A stretch of 64,000 nucleotides of DNA from the human T2T-CHM13v2.0 reference genome, Homo sapiens. Position 1 is the first letter of the stretch. Every line of letters begins with the position of its first letter. This document shows, piece by piece, positions 1-21,169 of the stretch. The position numbers were made by a program, and so were the translations under genes. A model generated the notes under the pieces. The model did not search any database and had not been told where the DNA came from. It saw nothing but the letters and a program-made list of their open reading frames with translations. The stretch lies in the NCBI RefSeq assembly GCF_009914755.1, contig NC_060933.1. One strand, written 5' to 3'.

Positions 1-153
1 TGCACCACCATGCCCAGCTAATTTTGGTATTTTGGTAGCAATGGGGTTTCACCATGTTACCCAGGCTGGTCTTGAACTCCTGAGCTCAAGTAATCGGCCC
101 ACCTTGGCCTTCCAAAGTGTTGAGATTATAGGCATCAGCCGCTACGTCTGCCC
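1..153 (-). mobile_element. Alu (partial, cut by window edge)
   Basis: Antisense Alu left arm (CCCAAAGTGTTGAGATTATAGGC-like). Confidence 0.9.
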
Positions 154-309
154 TGAGATCAGTTTTATAAGGGCACTAATCCCAATTCGTGAGGGCTTCA
201 CTTTCCTGACCTATAACTTCCCAAAGGCCCCATATCCAAAAACCATCACAGTAGTGATTACATTTCAACATAGGAATTTTGGGGGGACATAAGCATTCAG
301 ACCATAGCA
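154..309 (-). mobile_element. MaLR LTR fragment (MST/MLT1A-like)
   Basis: Ends ...GGGGGACATAAGCATTCAGACCATAGCA, the reverse complement of a MaLR LTR 5' end. Confidence 0.75.
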
Positions 310-311
310 AT

Positions 312-400
312 TCGTTTGAGGGTTTAATGAAATAATATATGTAAAGTACTTAGTATAGTACAGCATATTATATGCATTCAATAAATATCAGTTGTTATTT
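312..400 (+). mobile_element. MIR fragment
   Basis: AATGAAATAATATATGTAAAGTACTTAG...TCAATAAAT MIR 3' motif. Confidence 0.6.
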
Positions 401-674
401 TTATTACCTTTAAGATACAATAACTTTGGCATGATTAGTTATTCTGAGACAATATACATTAGGATAGGGAAAAAAAAAAACCCTAGGACTTCTGCTTGTA
501 TTTTTACTTCTCCCTATAACTTTTGTGTGTGTACATACATACATATACATATGTGTGTATATATACATATATGTGTGAACGTGTATATATAGGAATTATG
601 TACCTAAAAATGTTTTCACTGGTAGAAGATGTGATTTTTAAAAATTGGAGACAATTGGCTCAGAGATTTAATAA

Positions 675-1011
<337 letters not shown>

Positions 1012-1026
1012 AGTGTATAGCATTTT

Positions 1027-1059
1027 CACCTGATCTTAGCCAAAAGGCCAAGAACTGTT
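1027..1059 (-). pseudogene. 3'-truncated U2 snRNA retrocopy (U2 nt ~1-33)
   Basis: CACCTGATCTTAGCCAAAAGGCCAAGAACTGTT matches the reverse complement of the U2 5' end (CACTTGATCTTAGCCAAAAGGCCGAGAAGCGAT) at 28/33. Flanked by direct repeats TATAG(C/A)ATTTTC. Confidence 0.85.
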
Positions 1060-1590
1060 ATAGAATTTTCATTCTCAAGATTAAGTCTCTTTCATACAAA
1101 CCACAACATATTTTCAAATCATTGCTTATTTAAAGCTTGCCAACCTGTAGCGTAGCATGTGAATATTCACATTTTGAACTAGGGCCAAGAAAGCCAGGAT
1201 GATGCGTTTCTTTCCAACCCCAGCAATTCATTAAAATTCCTTTGTCAAATCAACAGATCAAGAGCAGTGTATTGCCTAGGATGGTCGGTTTATTTTCAGG
1301 AACTGAATTTATAAATAATTCAGGAAATGAATCAGACCTTATTTTATCAGCAACATTACTATAGATGTCCAGTAGAAACTCTCCATGTGTGTCATCTTAT
1401 ATGAAGTCACTTGATAATTATCTATCTCCAAATTAGAAAACCTAGTTAAATGAAGCTGGGGCTTGGGAGATGTGGAAGGAAGAACTCCTGATTTTCAACC
1501 CCTGTTAATCAGCAGCAGTGCGGGCGCCCTGTGCTTCTTGCACAGTTGTCCTGTGCCACCTTCCTGAGTGGCTACCACCCAGGAAGTTGA

Positions 1591-1918
<328 letters not shown>

Positions 1919-2725
1919 CTGACTTTTATTTTTCTAAGAAAAAGGTATTCTACAGTTGCATTTCAAGACAAAAGGGAGACTGTCAAAATTTTGCTTGAAA
2001 TAATAACCACTTTGAAAGAGAAACAGAAGAGAAAGGGGAGAAAAACCTAAGAATATCAAACCTATCAAACAAATTATTTTTTGAAACAATAGAGAAGTCC
2101 CCTCCAAGTATTAGGTGTTTTGGGGTGCAGAGCCCCAGGGAGAGGGGGCACAGCTCAGAAATCCCTGTGGCTTGTTTCAACTCAGTCACAATCTGTTGTA
2201 ACCCAGCAAACGCCCAGGAATATGTTGGCCTTTAGAGCCAAAAGGCATATTTAGCCCTAAAGACGACTTGTTTTCCTATTAAATATAAAAGAAATAGCAT
2301 ATATTTTTAGCAAGCACATCACTGACGTGCTACTAGCGAAAATTATGCCTAAATGGGGGCATTTGGTATAATCTGAATCTTGCTTGGGAAAATGCTTGTT
2401 GCTTTTTATAATTATTTATCAATGGTATTGGTTTCTGGGAAGTACATATGTGATCTACTGTAAGGGAAAGTATAATCTAGAGCCACGTGTTAAGTTTTGA
2501 CATCTGGGGCTAAGTGCTCTTCTTTTTCAAGTCCGTAGGCCAGGATGGATTTCTCAATTATGTTGAAGAATGTCTGTGGTTTTTATGTGTGTTCTCAGAA
2601 TTCACACTTCATTACTGCTAAATGATCAGAATCATGAGAACAGTGGCTTTGTGCATCTTACATGCCATTGTGTCCCCGGGGTCTGCCACAATGCCTGGCA
2701 CAAATTAGATGGTCTAAAACACTGC

Positions 2726-3240
<515 letters not shown>

Positions 3241-3695
3241 AAAACACTGCATTTGTTCATTCTGTTAAAATAAAACTAAGATCTGTGGTTTTCCATGAGG
3301 TCAGTCAGAACTAGGACCAAACCCTCCAAAAGTTACGATTTAATTTTGAAGACTTAGCATTTGGCTTTTAAATTAGAATTGTAGAGCAGGTAGTATTAAT
3401 CCGTCACTGTTGTACCAATTCTGGTAGATTAGTTAAAACATCATTTCTTTAGTTGTATTTTTTTAAACACGTCACTCTTCAATGGATTCCATGAGTCAAA
3501 TGACAACACTTAAAGTTAAAACATTCCTCTGAATTTCATTTAAGGCAAACGAAAACATGGACAGCTGGATGAAGACCTCAGCCTCACTAGGGTAGAGCCC
3601 AGGTAGGTATTGGCCATATTGGTGCTATGGCACCTTTCTACAGGCTCTCACAAAATAGGGAATGAAGAAGTGACAAAATAAAATGTGTGTTCTTA

Positions 3696-4175
3696 GAGTG
3701 GCCACTCTTGGGTATACATTGGAATGTCCTAGGACGGCCAAACTCTTAAAATTGCTGATACCACCCTCAGGGATTCTGATTTAATTGGTCTAGGCTGCGG
3801 CCTGGACATTGGTGTTTTTGTGTTTTTTGTTTGTTTGTTTGTTTTTCTTAGAGATAGGGTTTTTCTCTGTCACTCAGGCTGGTGGTAGGATCATAGCTCA
3901 CTGCAGCCTCAAACTCCTAGACTCAAGTGATCCTCCTGCCCTGGCCTATAGGCGCACACCACCATGCCAGCTAATTTTTCTTTTAATTTTATGGAGATGG
4001 GGGTCTCACTATGTTGTCCAGGTTGGTTTTAAACTCTGGGCCTCAGGTGATTCTCCCACCTCGGCCTCCCAAAGTGCTAGGATTACAAGCATGAGCCACT
4101 TCACCTACCTATACATTGGGGTTTTTAAAAGCTCCCCAGATGATTCCAATGTACAGCCAAGGCTGAGAACGACTG
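3696..4175. mobile_element. MER5-type hAT-Charlie DNA transposon with a nested AluJ (~3815-4110, -)
   Basis: GATTCTGATTTAATTGGTCT...AAGCTCCCCAGATGATTCCAATGTACAGCCAAGGCTGAGAAC MER5 motifs on both sides of a degenerate Alu. Confidence 0.75.
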
Positions 4176-4555
4176 TGATATGGTTTGGTTTTGTCCCCAC
4201 CCAAATCTCATCTTGAATTGTAACTCCAACAATTCCCATGTGTCATGGGAGGGACCCATTGGAAGGTAATTGAATCATGGGGTTGGGTCTTTCCTGTGCT
4301 GTTCTTGTGATAGTGAATTAGTCTCACGAGATCTGATGGTTTTAAAAAATGGGAGTTTCCCTACACCAGCTCTCTCTCTCTTTGCCTGCAGCCATCCATG
4401 TAAGATGTGACTTGCTCCTCCTTGCCTTTCACCTTCCACCATGACTGTGAGGCCTCCTAAGCCATGTGGAACTGTGAGTCCAATAAGCCTCTTTCTTTTG
4501 TAAATTGCCCAGTCTTGGGTATGTCTTATCGGCAGTGTGAAAACGGACTAATACA
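4176..4555 (+). mobile_element. THE1 (MaLR) solo LTR
   Basis: Starts TGATATGGTTTGG...CCCACCCAAATCTCATCTTGAATTGTA, ends ...GGACTAATACA; ~380 bp. Confidence 0.9.
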
Positions 4556-6067
4556 CATTGTATTAAAGTGTTGTTAGGAGAGGCAGATTCTTCAGGCCTT
4601 TTATTTTATATACAGTACATATAGGCATTTAAAAGCAATTGTAACTAAATTGCATTCTTCTAAGCTATATTCTCTTTCTGAAGTACCTAAAAATTATTTG
4701 AAATTTTACAGCTGAAAAATGCTGTTTGCCCATCAATGCATATAGACAGTAAGTGACTTTTGCCTTATGAACAAACTTCTGGTCATTTTCATGTTATGGT
4801 GCCCACAGAAATTGATATTTGTACAGCATACTTAAGGTCCCTTGAAGGGCAGAAATGACTAATCCAATAGTTCCTGCAGCTCCAAGCACACAAGGTATCA
4901 GTGTCTCAGCAGAACAAGAAGAAAGGCTGCCTGAGAGGCTGTTTCCGACAACTAGGGCTCTTTTGGCCAAGAAATGCATAAAATTGCTGTTCTGGGTAAT
5001 CTTCTCTGAATTATTGAGCAAGAACAGCACTCTGGAACTTCATTTATCTGTAGCCAGGATAATGAAACACAAGCAACATTCCAATGATAACATTTATCTT
5101 GATTTCTATCTCCACACTTAATAAAAGGAACCAGATGTTTCTCTTAAATCACTATCAGGCTCTTGGTCATTTCCTGGAGTTGATAAGAGCCCAGCCCATT
5201 TCACAGTAGATACTACTGAGGAAATACAGAAAATGAGAGGAGACAGTAGTGCATTGACTGCGTATTAGTTTAAATATTATGTAACTCTGTTTATGAAGTT
5301 CTCCTCCCTACTGCCCAGGGGAGAAAGATTACAGCAAAAATAATTGAGTATTATTTATTTAAGAACAGGTGAGATTTCTTTTTAAAATTTAACCCAAGGT
5401 CAGATTATGAGTTCTTATACAAAGAAACAAGAATGTAGAGTATAATTTTAAAAATTCTATGGTGTAGCAGTTCTTATAGGTAATAATCTTCTGTTTTGTT
5501 TTATAGGAACACATTATTTGGCTGAGAAATTGAGACTTTCTTAGCATCATTTAATTTATATTTTTAGTTTTGCGAACTATTACAGCTGGGCCAAGCACAA
5601 ATGTATAGTGTAGTCAAGTTTTGAGTCCCATTCGAGTTTGGAAATCCCGACTATAGTAAAAAGGAGAAGAGGGTGATAGCAGATAGATGTGTATTTTTCT
5701 CTTGCTTCCTCTCTTGTCTCTAAAGGAGATTTAAATGGAATTGAGACAGAAGCTATGAAATGCAGGCTTCCAAACCAGTGCTGGTATTTTGACTATGGTG
5801 TTGGCACACTCCCAGAGCCCTGGGTGACATTTTAAGTAAATGAAGCAGCCTTTTTCTCTATATCCTTAGAAAACTTGTCTCCTGCCTTTCTCCTCTCTCT
5901 GTTCTTAATTCATCAGGTCTTGTCATAATGTTCAAGAACTCTATGGTCAGAAGAGTGCTATGCAATTGTAAAATGAGTGAAGAATCTTGCTCTAGACAGA
6001 TTGAATTATATCTGAGATATACAATTAAGTGAAAAAAAAGCAAAGTAAACATATATATATATATATA

Positions 6068-6378
6068 TTTTGGTTGAGGGAACAGAGTCTCGCTCGGTCA
6101 CCCAGGCTGGAGTGCAGTGGTACACAATCTTGGCTCACTGCAACCTCCACCTCCCACCCCTACCCCGCCCCTGGTTCAAGTGATTCTCGTGCTTCAGTCT
6201 CCTGAGTAGCTAGGATTACAGGCATGTGCCACCACGCCCAGCTAATTTTTGTATTTTTAGTAGAGACAAGTTTTCACCATGTTGGCCAGGCTGGTCTCAA
6301 ACTCCTGGCCTCAAGTGATCTACCCACCTTGGCTTCCCAAAGTGCTGGAATTACAGGCACGGGCCACTGTGCCAGACC
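6068..6378 (-). mobile_element. AluS
   Basis: Full antisense dimer preceded by (TA)n. Confidence 0.9.
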
Positions 6379-6379
6379 A

Positions 6380-9075
<2,696 letters not shown>

Positions 9076-10422
9076 CATAGTCTCAAAAGTCAAATATACC
9101 GATAAACTTGGGTCGAGCAGTCTACTTCAATGAGGTCATCTCTCTCTAGATAGAAAGAGTCCTGGAAATCCTAATGTTATCCCTTGGGAAAAGTCTGTTC
9201 CTATCTGGTACCATCTTTTATTAGGGCTTTCTGGGGAGGAGGCACTTCTAAAAAACTCAATTTCTGATTTATAGTTTATAAAACCACCTGCAGGAGACAA
9301 GACTGAATAGCTGTGATTAGTCAATATTATTTAATCAGAAGAGAGGAGAATGGAATCCCCTATTTGGGTATTTAGCCAATGATCATACAGAGAGAAGGAA
9401 CTATCAGGGAAGATATTGACAAATGTCCAGGGTCTTTGATTTTGTTCCTATATTAGAGTTGTACCAAATTACAAGGAGTTTTGTATCCAGGAATAAACTA
9501 ATTTGTTGACAGCTTTGCCTCAATCATTATACATAACCTAAGTATGTTCTATCCAACCTGAAAAGCAAATGATTATTGAAATTTATATTAGTTATATTTT
9601 ATCACTACGTAATTAATTTCTTTTTTTTGCCGGGTTTAATCTGTGTACCTAGATTAGGAAAAGGAAAAGAAAAAAGAATTGTCAAACATTTAATCAATCA
9701 GGATATAAACATGGGATAGTTTTCTGAAAACAGGAAATTATTAAAGCCAGAAAAATAATATTTAAATTAGGCATACTACTACCTAAATTTGACTTTTTCA
9801 AAATTAGAGACTTATTTAAAATGACTCAAGAAATCAGGGCAAAGCTACAAAATAGAGAATGACCTCTCAGAGGTTGACTCTTGTGAGAAGAGTTAACAGT
9901 GGGGTTCTGTTTTCAAGACAGAGAACAAAATTGTTTTCTCTTTTTAAAGAGCAGATTGTATATTCAAGGGTCAAAATAATATTCATCTGAACTATTCACT
10001 CTCTGTCTTCATTATTCATAAGCTTTTTTCATTTAACATCTTTAATATACTTTATATGCATTTTTATTAAATATACATATGTAGTTAGTTTTAACTTCAG
10101 CTTTTTAAAATAAATATTGATAAATTAAATATCATTGTATTATCTAAAGCAATATACATCATATAAATTTACCGTCTTAATTTGAGCTTTGCAAAGAGCA
10201 AATATGCTATTATAGAGTGGTCTATCACTTCTATAATCTCTGTTCTTATTTATGCATTTTAGTTACCAAAGATTTCATGTGACAACATTATTTACTACCT
10301 TAATTGAATATTAGTCATAGGTCTTGAAGACAATCACGGATCTCAAAAATTATATTTAAAGTGTGATATAATCATTGTTGATTTTAAAAATCGAAGGTAC
10401 AATATTTAAAAATCACATGCAG

Positions 10423-10872
<450 letters not shown>

Positions 10873-11192
10873 TCACATGCGGATAGCAAGAGTGAACTGT
10901 TTTACACTATTATTTCAGGTTTACAGGAACAAATCTTTTTAGAAAACAGCAGTTGCTATTTAATTTAGTTAAATACATATATTTATATTTTTATGCCTTT
11001 ACATATTTTGTGTAAAGAGTGATAATTTATCTGACCCATGAAATCAACAGAGGAAATTTAGAAAGTATAAAATAATGAGATCAGAGAGAAGACAAATAGA
11101 TGTTTTTGAATATACTGTGTTTTGAATATATTGTGTGTACTAACATACTGTGTTCAAGTATTCATATTAAATGGGAATATAACACTTGAAGT

Positions 11193-11481
11193 TCTTTTTT
11201 CTTTTCAGAGTTGGGGTCTCACTGTCACCCAGGCTGAAGTGAGCAATCATGACTCACTGCAGCCTCAAACTCCTGGTCTCCAGTGATCCTCCAACTTCAG
11301 TCTCCTGAGTAACTGGGACTACAGGCATGCACCACCATGCCCAGCTAGTTTATTCTTTTTTTTTTTTTTTTTTGTAGACACGGGAGCTCTCTATGTTGCC
11401 CAGACTGGTTTCAAACTCCTGGCCTCAAGCAATCCTCCCACCTCTGCTTCCCATCACAGGCTTGAGCCACTGAGCCTGGCC
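11193..11481 (-). mobile_element. AluJ
   Basis: Degenerate antisense dimer. Confidence 0.85.
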
Positions 11482-11556
11482 ACCCATGATGTTCTCCATA
11501 CAATTTGTATACCTCTGCATTTACCAACCAAATGTTACAGTTCATTTAAATTGTAC

Positions 11557-11856
11557 TGCTGGGCGTGGTGGCTCATGCCTGTAATCCCAGCACTTTAGAA
11601 GGCCGAAGAGGGCAGATCATGAGGTCAGGAGTTCAAGACCAGCCTGGCCAACACAGTGAAACCCCCGTCTCTACTGAAAACACAAAAATTAGCCAGGCCT
11701 GGTGGCGTGCGCCTGTAGTCTCAGCTACTAAGGAGGCTGAGGCAGGAGAATCGCTTCAACCTGGGAGGCAGAGGTTGCAGTGAGCCGAGATTGCGCCACT
11801 GCACTCCAGCCTGGGTGACAGAGCGAGACTCCATCTCAAAAAATATATATAAAATA
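11557..11856 (+). mobile_element. AluS
   Basis: Full dimer; TSD TAAATTGTACT. Confidence 0.9.
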
Positions 11857-12032
11857 AATTGTACTTAATAGTACTGACGTTTTCTTTCTTTTTTTTTTTT
11901 TTTTTTTTTTGGCGTTTTGGTTTATCTAGTTATCTAGCTGTTTAGTCATTGTTATTTATGGACTCTCTTGGCCACTTCTGTAAGACAAGGACTTATACTG
12001 AAAGACTAACACCCTTAAAACATTAGAAGTTT

Positions 12033-12360
<328 letters not shown>

Positions 12361-13072
12361 TCACCCATCCCAATTTTGTTTTGCTTTTTGTTTTTGCCCT
12401 CTGTCCTATTTTAAATTGGTGCTTCTTAAAGTTCTGTAGGCCAAATTAATAAGAGGAACTTCATCTAATTCCGAACTCAGAGTTCAAGGGGAGGTAAAAG
12501 ACCAATTTAAATGGATAAGCCTATGTACCTCTGCCCCTACCTGGACCACCTGAGTTGTGAAGTATGCTGGTCACTTTCTCTGATCATTTTCTGCTTGTGA
12601 GCAGGAGTCATTTTTGGAGAGATGGCAGGACCCTGTAGTAGTGGTCAGGAATTACGGATCTGCCCGGATAGCAAATGCCAGTGCTGAGTTTGTATCTTAG
12701 GTGGTGAGACAGTATTTCTCTGCTCCATGACAGGGGTCTGGGTAATACCTGCCCATAACCCATCTGCCATCTTTGGCTCAGTTTATTTCCTCTGATCTGT
12801 CAATCTCTCCATTGACAGGTGAAAGGCTGACTTCATCAGCATGACATGGATCACATTTTTGAAGAGCTGGTAAAATAGCCTCATTGTTTAAACGAATGTG
12901 TTTTTGTTCAATTCTTGTTGTCAGAGAATTTGTTCCTGAGTGTCCTGCCTGAGTCTTCAGAAACACAATTTACTGTATTCTATGGGATAATTTATGGGGG
13001 TTTTTGGTGGGGTTTTTTTTTTTTTTTTCAAAAGTGTCACTTGCCAAGCTTTGTTTTTGTTTGATTAGTGTA

Positions 13073-13275
13073 CAGTAGTCTCCCTTAGCCAGGGTTTCAC
13101 TTTCCATGGTTTCAGTTACCCACAGTCAAGTGCCTTCCACTAATAGGTGAGTACAGTACAATAAGATATTTTGAGACACAGACTACATTCACATAACTTT
13201 TATTTCAGTATATTCTTATAATTGTTCATTTTATTATGAGTTATTGTTGTTAATATCTTACTATGCTTAATTTAT
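13073..13275 (+). mobile_element. MER44 (Tigger7-type) DNA transposon fragment
   Basis: CAGTAGTCTCCCTTAGCC...GGTTTCAGTTACCCACAGTCAA terminal motif plus GAGTACAGTACAATAAGATATTTTGAG. Confidence 0.75.
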
Positions 13276-13461
13276 GTTGATTTTTTACTGTTCCTTGTGT
13301 AATACAGTCTTGTATATACTTTCTGAGTTACTTTGTCCATTGACTCCTGTTATATGGCCTCAGATATTTATTTAAGGTGAGGGTTGGGCTACGTGGCAAT
13401 GTTCTTTTTGCTTGTGTGTTTGTTTTGTTGGTTGGGTTTTTTGTTTTTTTAATCTTTAAAC

Positions 13462-13622
13462 ATTTTTTAGAGATAGGGTCTCACCGTGTTGCCCAGGCTG
13501 GAGCACAGTGGCCATTCACAGGCGCAATCACAGTACACTGCAGCCTTGAATGCTTGAGCTCAAACGACCTCCCACTTCAGTCTACTGAGTAACTGAGACT
13601 ACAGGCACGAAGCATGCCTGGA
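13462..13622 (-). mobile_element. FAM (fossil Alu monomer)
   Basis: Monomer carrying the 7SL-derived segment CAGTGGCCATTCACAGGCGC, diagnostic of FAM. Confidence 0.8.
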
Positions 13623-14759
13623 CTTTTCTTTCTTTTTTTTTAATTTTTATTATTTTTTGCTAGATTTTGCCACCCTTTTGCCATCAGCTTCCCAGTTTGT
13701 AGTCTGTCAATGTGCAGACCAGGTAGTTAACACCATTTGGTATTGTTCAGGAATCAGTGTAAAATATGTCGCCAGTTATGTCTTTGAGCATAGCTTGTAA
13801 TTCAGCCAACTTGACACATTTCTCCACCTTTGGCTAAGCCTGGCCAGGCTCAGTCCCTGGGAGTTTCAGCAGAGCATACCCAGGGCCTCAGGCACTGCCT
13901 GTCTGAGAGCTTTGAACAGGGAGGGCCCAAATCCGCAGGGCCTTCCCCTCAAGGATCTTCCCACCCCCTAACCCCTCCAAGCTTTGTTAGACCCCAGCAG
14001 GCCCACAGCAAATGGCACACCACAGGTTCTCAGCCCCTTCTGTGATGTCATTCTTCATTTTACCTGAGTAGAGAGGCTGTTATCCCCACTGTGTCTGGCT
14101 GGGGGTAAATCCAACCCATTGCCCTTGTAGTGTTCAGTGTTGCTGGCTAGTTTCCAGTTTGTTGTAATGCCCAGTATACTATTGTAGCATGTGTGTGGTG
14201 TGGGGTGTGTGTGTGTATGTTTGTGTATCTGTGTAAATCAATGTATCAATGTATTTGATTCAGACTGTCCAACCACCTACTTGTTGATGTCAGAGGCAAG
14301 AAAGCACAGTTATCCAAAATAGTGATTTCCAGGTAAAGGGATGGGGAGAATAGGAGGGAGGTGAGACCAGCTTGCTCAGGTGGGTCAAGGGTGAGCTGTT
14401 GTGAGAGTCTTCTCCCAATGTCCCAGGTCTTCCAGTAATTGCATAAAGAGGTTACCCGAGGTTAAAATATATGTCTCCAGTACTTAAATGTCTCTCTGGG
14501 CCTCTGTGTAGTTGTTGTTTTTTTTTTTTTTTTTTTTTTTGGCCAGAGAGGAAGAGCTGTTATTTTTATTTTTCCTTTATAACATCTAGTACTAAAGGCC
14601 TTCTTTGGGTAATGCCTAAATAGTTTATTGCTATTTTGGCCTAATTGATTCTTTTCCTCAGCTACATTCTATTATTTTTCTTTCAGGTATTTAACAAGTG
14701 ACATGTTTTGTTTTTTCTTTTATGATGAGTTAATCTTCAAAGTTTCTTATAAAGAGACA

Positions 14760-15585
<826 letters not shown>

Positions 15586-15593
15586 AACAGAAT

Positions 15594-17270
<1,677 letters not shown>

Positions 17271-19072
17271 TAAGTCTGACCTAGTATAAGCCCCCCATTT
17301 CCTTGATTTGAGCAACAGGACCACAAGAATTACTTCCTGGTTTTGAAGCATACGATCGCTCTGTTGGTTGATCATAGTGATCCTCTTTGTATCCTCCAGG
17401 CAGAGGTGGGGGTGCTGTCAAAGACTCCCCAGGGTCAGCTCCCAGAGGTGGGCAGTTGCTACTATAGTCTGATTTCTGCCATAACGTCTGCCTATGCACA
17501 TTATCAAAGCCCCCACTAACACTGAAGCCATTGCCTTTGGCTCTAGGTTTTTGCTTCTTGTTTTCACTCCTATGGATTTGGTTAGGCCTGCGTTGAGTTT
17601 TAACCTGGATTTATTTCCTAAATTCTTGTTTAATGCCTTTTCTACACTAGACTGTGAGTCAGTTTTTCATAGTCTTCCTAGGCTGGAGGTTTTCCTTTAA
17701 GTATGGCTTTGATTTCAGAGAGTCTTTCTGCAGTGTGACCTCGTTTTCCTGTTAATTTAGTTGGGATTCATCCCATACTCATCACCAACTTGACATTACC
17801 AGCCAAGTAGTTGCAGAGGTCACAGAACAGAAAGTCTCACCGGACAAGTTAAACTCTTCCAGGCACTTAATGTATTAAGTCAATTTAAAACACACACGGA
17901 GATGCAAGGGAAAAGAAATACGGTTAGTTAGCAGACTTAGTGTAGGGTGTGAGCAGGATGAAGGGCCAGGCTCTCTGAATCCTGGTACATGACAGTGTTC
18001 ATGTGGTGTGTCTGTCATTTGTCTCTGTCTCATCAGCTGTCCCTATAGATGATGTTATAAGGACTAGTGTTGAGGTTTGAGCCAGGGTGCCCAACCATAG
18101 GAGGTGCCTGGCACCAAGGCGGCAAGGATGCCTGGCCACTTGACAGCTTGTCAATTAGCCTGCTGAGCAGATAAGGGTTTTATTTGCTTTTCTTAGACAG
18201 AGAACAGGTAGGGCCAGAAAGGGTGTCACTGATGGGTGGTTGAATTCAAACCTCATGAATATGTATTGCCTCAAGTGCCTCCTGTATATTTAGAGTAATA
18301 TATGTTGGGTATCTCTCAGTCCATTCTCTCACGCTTTGCTTGCTAACAACTTTTCTTTATCTAACGTATCTTGAGAATTTTGTGGATGTCTTCCAAGCTA
18401 CATACTTACTACTCATCTATACTTCTATCTTAAGTTTCTTCCTTTCCATTTTTTTCCTTCCATAGCAGAATTGAATATTAACAAACACCACCAAAACATG
18501 CACGTAATGCTATGCATTTTATACTCTACTACCCCAACCTGTTGAGCAACGGGACTAGGGAGGGAGACAAAGCCAACATTCATTTATGTGTTATCTCAGG
18601 TTCTCTTCTATTACTTTTATTACTAACACCACTATTAGCAAACATGGCTTTCCATCTGCAGGCCAAATGAGCCTGCCAATACCAGGTTCTAGAATAAGAT
18701 CTACTTGCTTGATCACTGGTAGAACTGGACAACTGCTGTAGCTGATAAACTGTTTGCTTCCTCATCTTTGTGGGGAGCTGGTGCCCTAAGACTCAAGGCA
18801 CAGAGGAGCAGAGAATGCATGCTTCCCCAGATAGGTAGACCCCAGAGGGAGATGGAAAGGAAAGGGGCTAGGCCACAAGGCCTAGAAAAGGAAACAAAAA
18901 AATAGTTGCAAGCATTTGATCACATCGGAATATGAACATATGTGATAATTTTCTGAAGACAAGAAATTATTAAAGCCAGAAAAACAACATTTAAATTAAG
19001 CATAGTAGTAAGTAAATTTAGCTTCTTAAAAATGAGAGACTTGTGCTTCAAGTGACTCAAGAAATCAGTATA

Positions 19073-19423
<351 letters not shown>

Positions 19424-19439
19424 TCACTGTGCGGTTGTA

Positions 19440-19445
19440 TAGATT

Positions 19446-19482
<37 letters not shown>

Positions 19483-19950
19483 GACAGAGGAATTGATTTA
19501 GCATAGGAATTGGCTCACGTAATTATGGAGGCCCAAGGAGTCCCACAATTTGTTGTCTGCAAGCTGGAGACTCGGGAAAGCCAGTGATGTAAATCAGTTT
19601 GAGTTTGAAGGCCTGAGAATCAGGAACAGTGAAGTGACGGTGTCAGTCTCGGAGTCCAAATGCCGGAGAACCCAGAGTGCTGATGTCTGAGGCCAGGAGA
19701 AGATGGATGTCCTAGCTCAAATGGAAGAGATCAAATTCGCCCCTCCTCTGCCCTTTTGCTCTGTGTGGGCCCTTAACAAATTGGATGATGCCCACTCACA
19801 CTGGGAAGAGCTACCCTCTTTACTCAGTCTACCAATTCAAATGGTAATCTTTTCCAGAAACACTCTTACAAATACACCCGGAAATAATGCTTTACCAGCA
19901 TCTGGGTGTCCTTTAAGTCCAGTCAAGTCGATACCTAAAATTAACCATCA
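19440..19950. mobile_element. MLT2 (ERVL) LTR with internal (CA)~16
   Basis: GGAATTGGCTCACG...CTGCAAGCTGGAGAC...AAAATTAACCATCA, typical of MLT2. Confidence 0.8.
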
Positions 19951-20607
19951 TGGCGGCCAACCGACTAAGTCTGCATGAGGAGGTAGTAGAGCCCTGGGGC
20001 TCACCGGCAAGTAAGAGGCACATTGCTTGCCTCCTCCACCGCCATCGAAATGTGTTGATTATATGTAACTTTGAGCTGTTAAATGTAATTCCACTGCAAT
20101 TACATCATGAAACTGAGACAGTATGATGGGTTACTGACAAAAGTAAAATGGGTGTGAAAATGCCTCCATATGGAGACTCCATATGTGCATATGTTTTTTG
20201 TGTAGGTTTGCATATATAAGCACTTTTAATATGGAAAAATACACATTAAACCACTTCACATTGGTCATCTTGGGGGGATCAGATTGGGGAAGGGGAAGTT
20301 TTAAATTTTTCTTTCTATACTTCTATATTATATTTCTTTTATATTTTTATAACGTTAAAAATATCGTAAAAACCTCCTTCTCCACTTGAGTCATGTTCGA
20401 ATGAAATCCCACTTACCAAGTCTGAACCGTCTTGGCGCACCATTATTAACTGAATGGTGCTTTGCATTTCTGAATGGCCTACTGTTGGAAAAAAAATCGG
20501 GAACCCTAACAACCGGCTGGATTTGAGGAATGGATAGAGCAGGTAGGAGGTACCTTACCTTTATTAAAATGCCACAAACACTTATTGTGTAAAGTTAAAT
20601 AAGTCAC

Positions 20608-21000
20608 TATTAAGAGCTGAATTGTCTTCCTCAAAATTTGTAAGTGGAAGTCCTAACACCTGGTACTTCAGAATGCGACTATATTTGGAGACAGGGTCTT
20701 TAAAGAGGCAATTGAGTTAAAATGAGGTCAGTAGGGTGGGCCTTCACCCAATCTGACAGGTGTCTTTATAAAAAGAGAGAGTTAGAGGACACAGACACAC
20801 ACAGAAGACCATGTGAAGATGCAGGGAGAAGACGTCATCTATCTGCAAGCCAAGGAGAGAGGCTTCAGAAGGAGCCAACCCTGCCAACACCTTATCTTAA
20901 ACTTCTAGCCTCCAGAACTACAAGAAAATAGATTTTTTGTTGTTTAAGCCTCCAGACTGTGGGACTTTGTTACAGCAGCTCTAGAAAACCAAAAGAGCCA
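20608..21000 (+). mobile_element. MLT1B/C MaLR LTR
   Basis: TATTTGGAGACAGGGTCTTTAAAGAGG...TTAAAATGAGGTC...CCTCCAGAACT. Confidence 0.8.
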
Positions 21001-21169
21001 CAAATACTCATATATAGTATGTCTTCATTCTAATGGTACATTAAAAAAAAGATTACTGCCTCATATTGATGTTTAACCATGTGTTTGATGTTCCTGCTTT
21101 TTAACTTTTAAAGATTCTTTTATAATTCCTTGCATTTTACCCTCAGAATAATCCAATGCATTCAGAGAA

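Noticed and set aside
13462-13622. Possible 7SL RNA gene
   Set aside because: Lacks the S domain and is degenerate; it is a FAM monomer.
17780-18300. LTR-like stretch
   Set aside because: Could not assign a family or termini by eye; needs a Dfam search.
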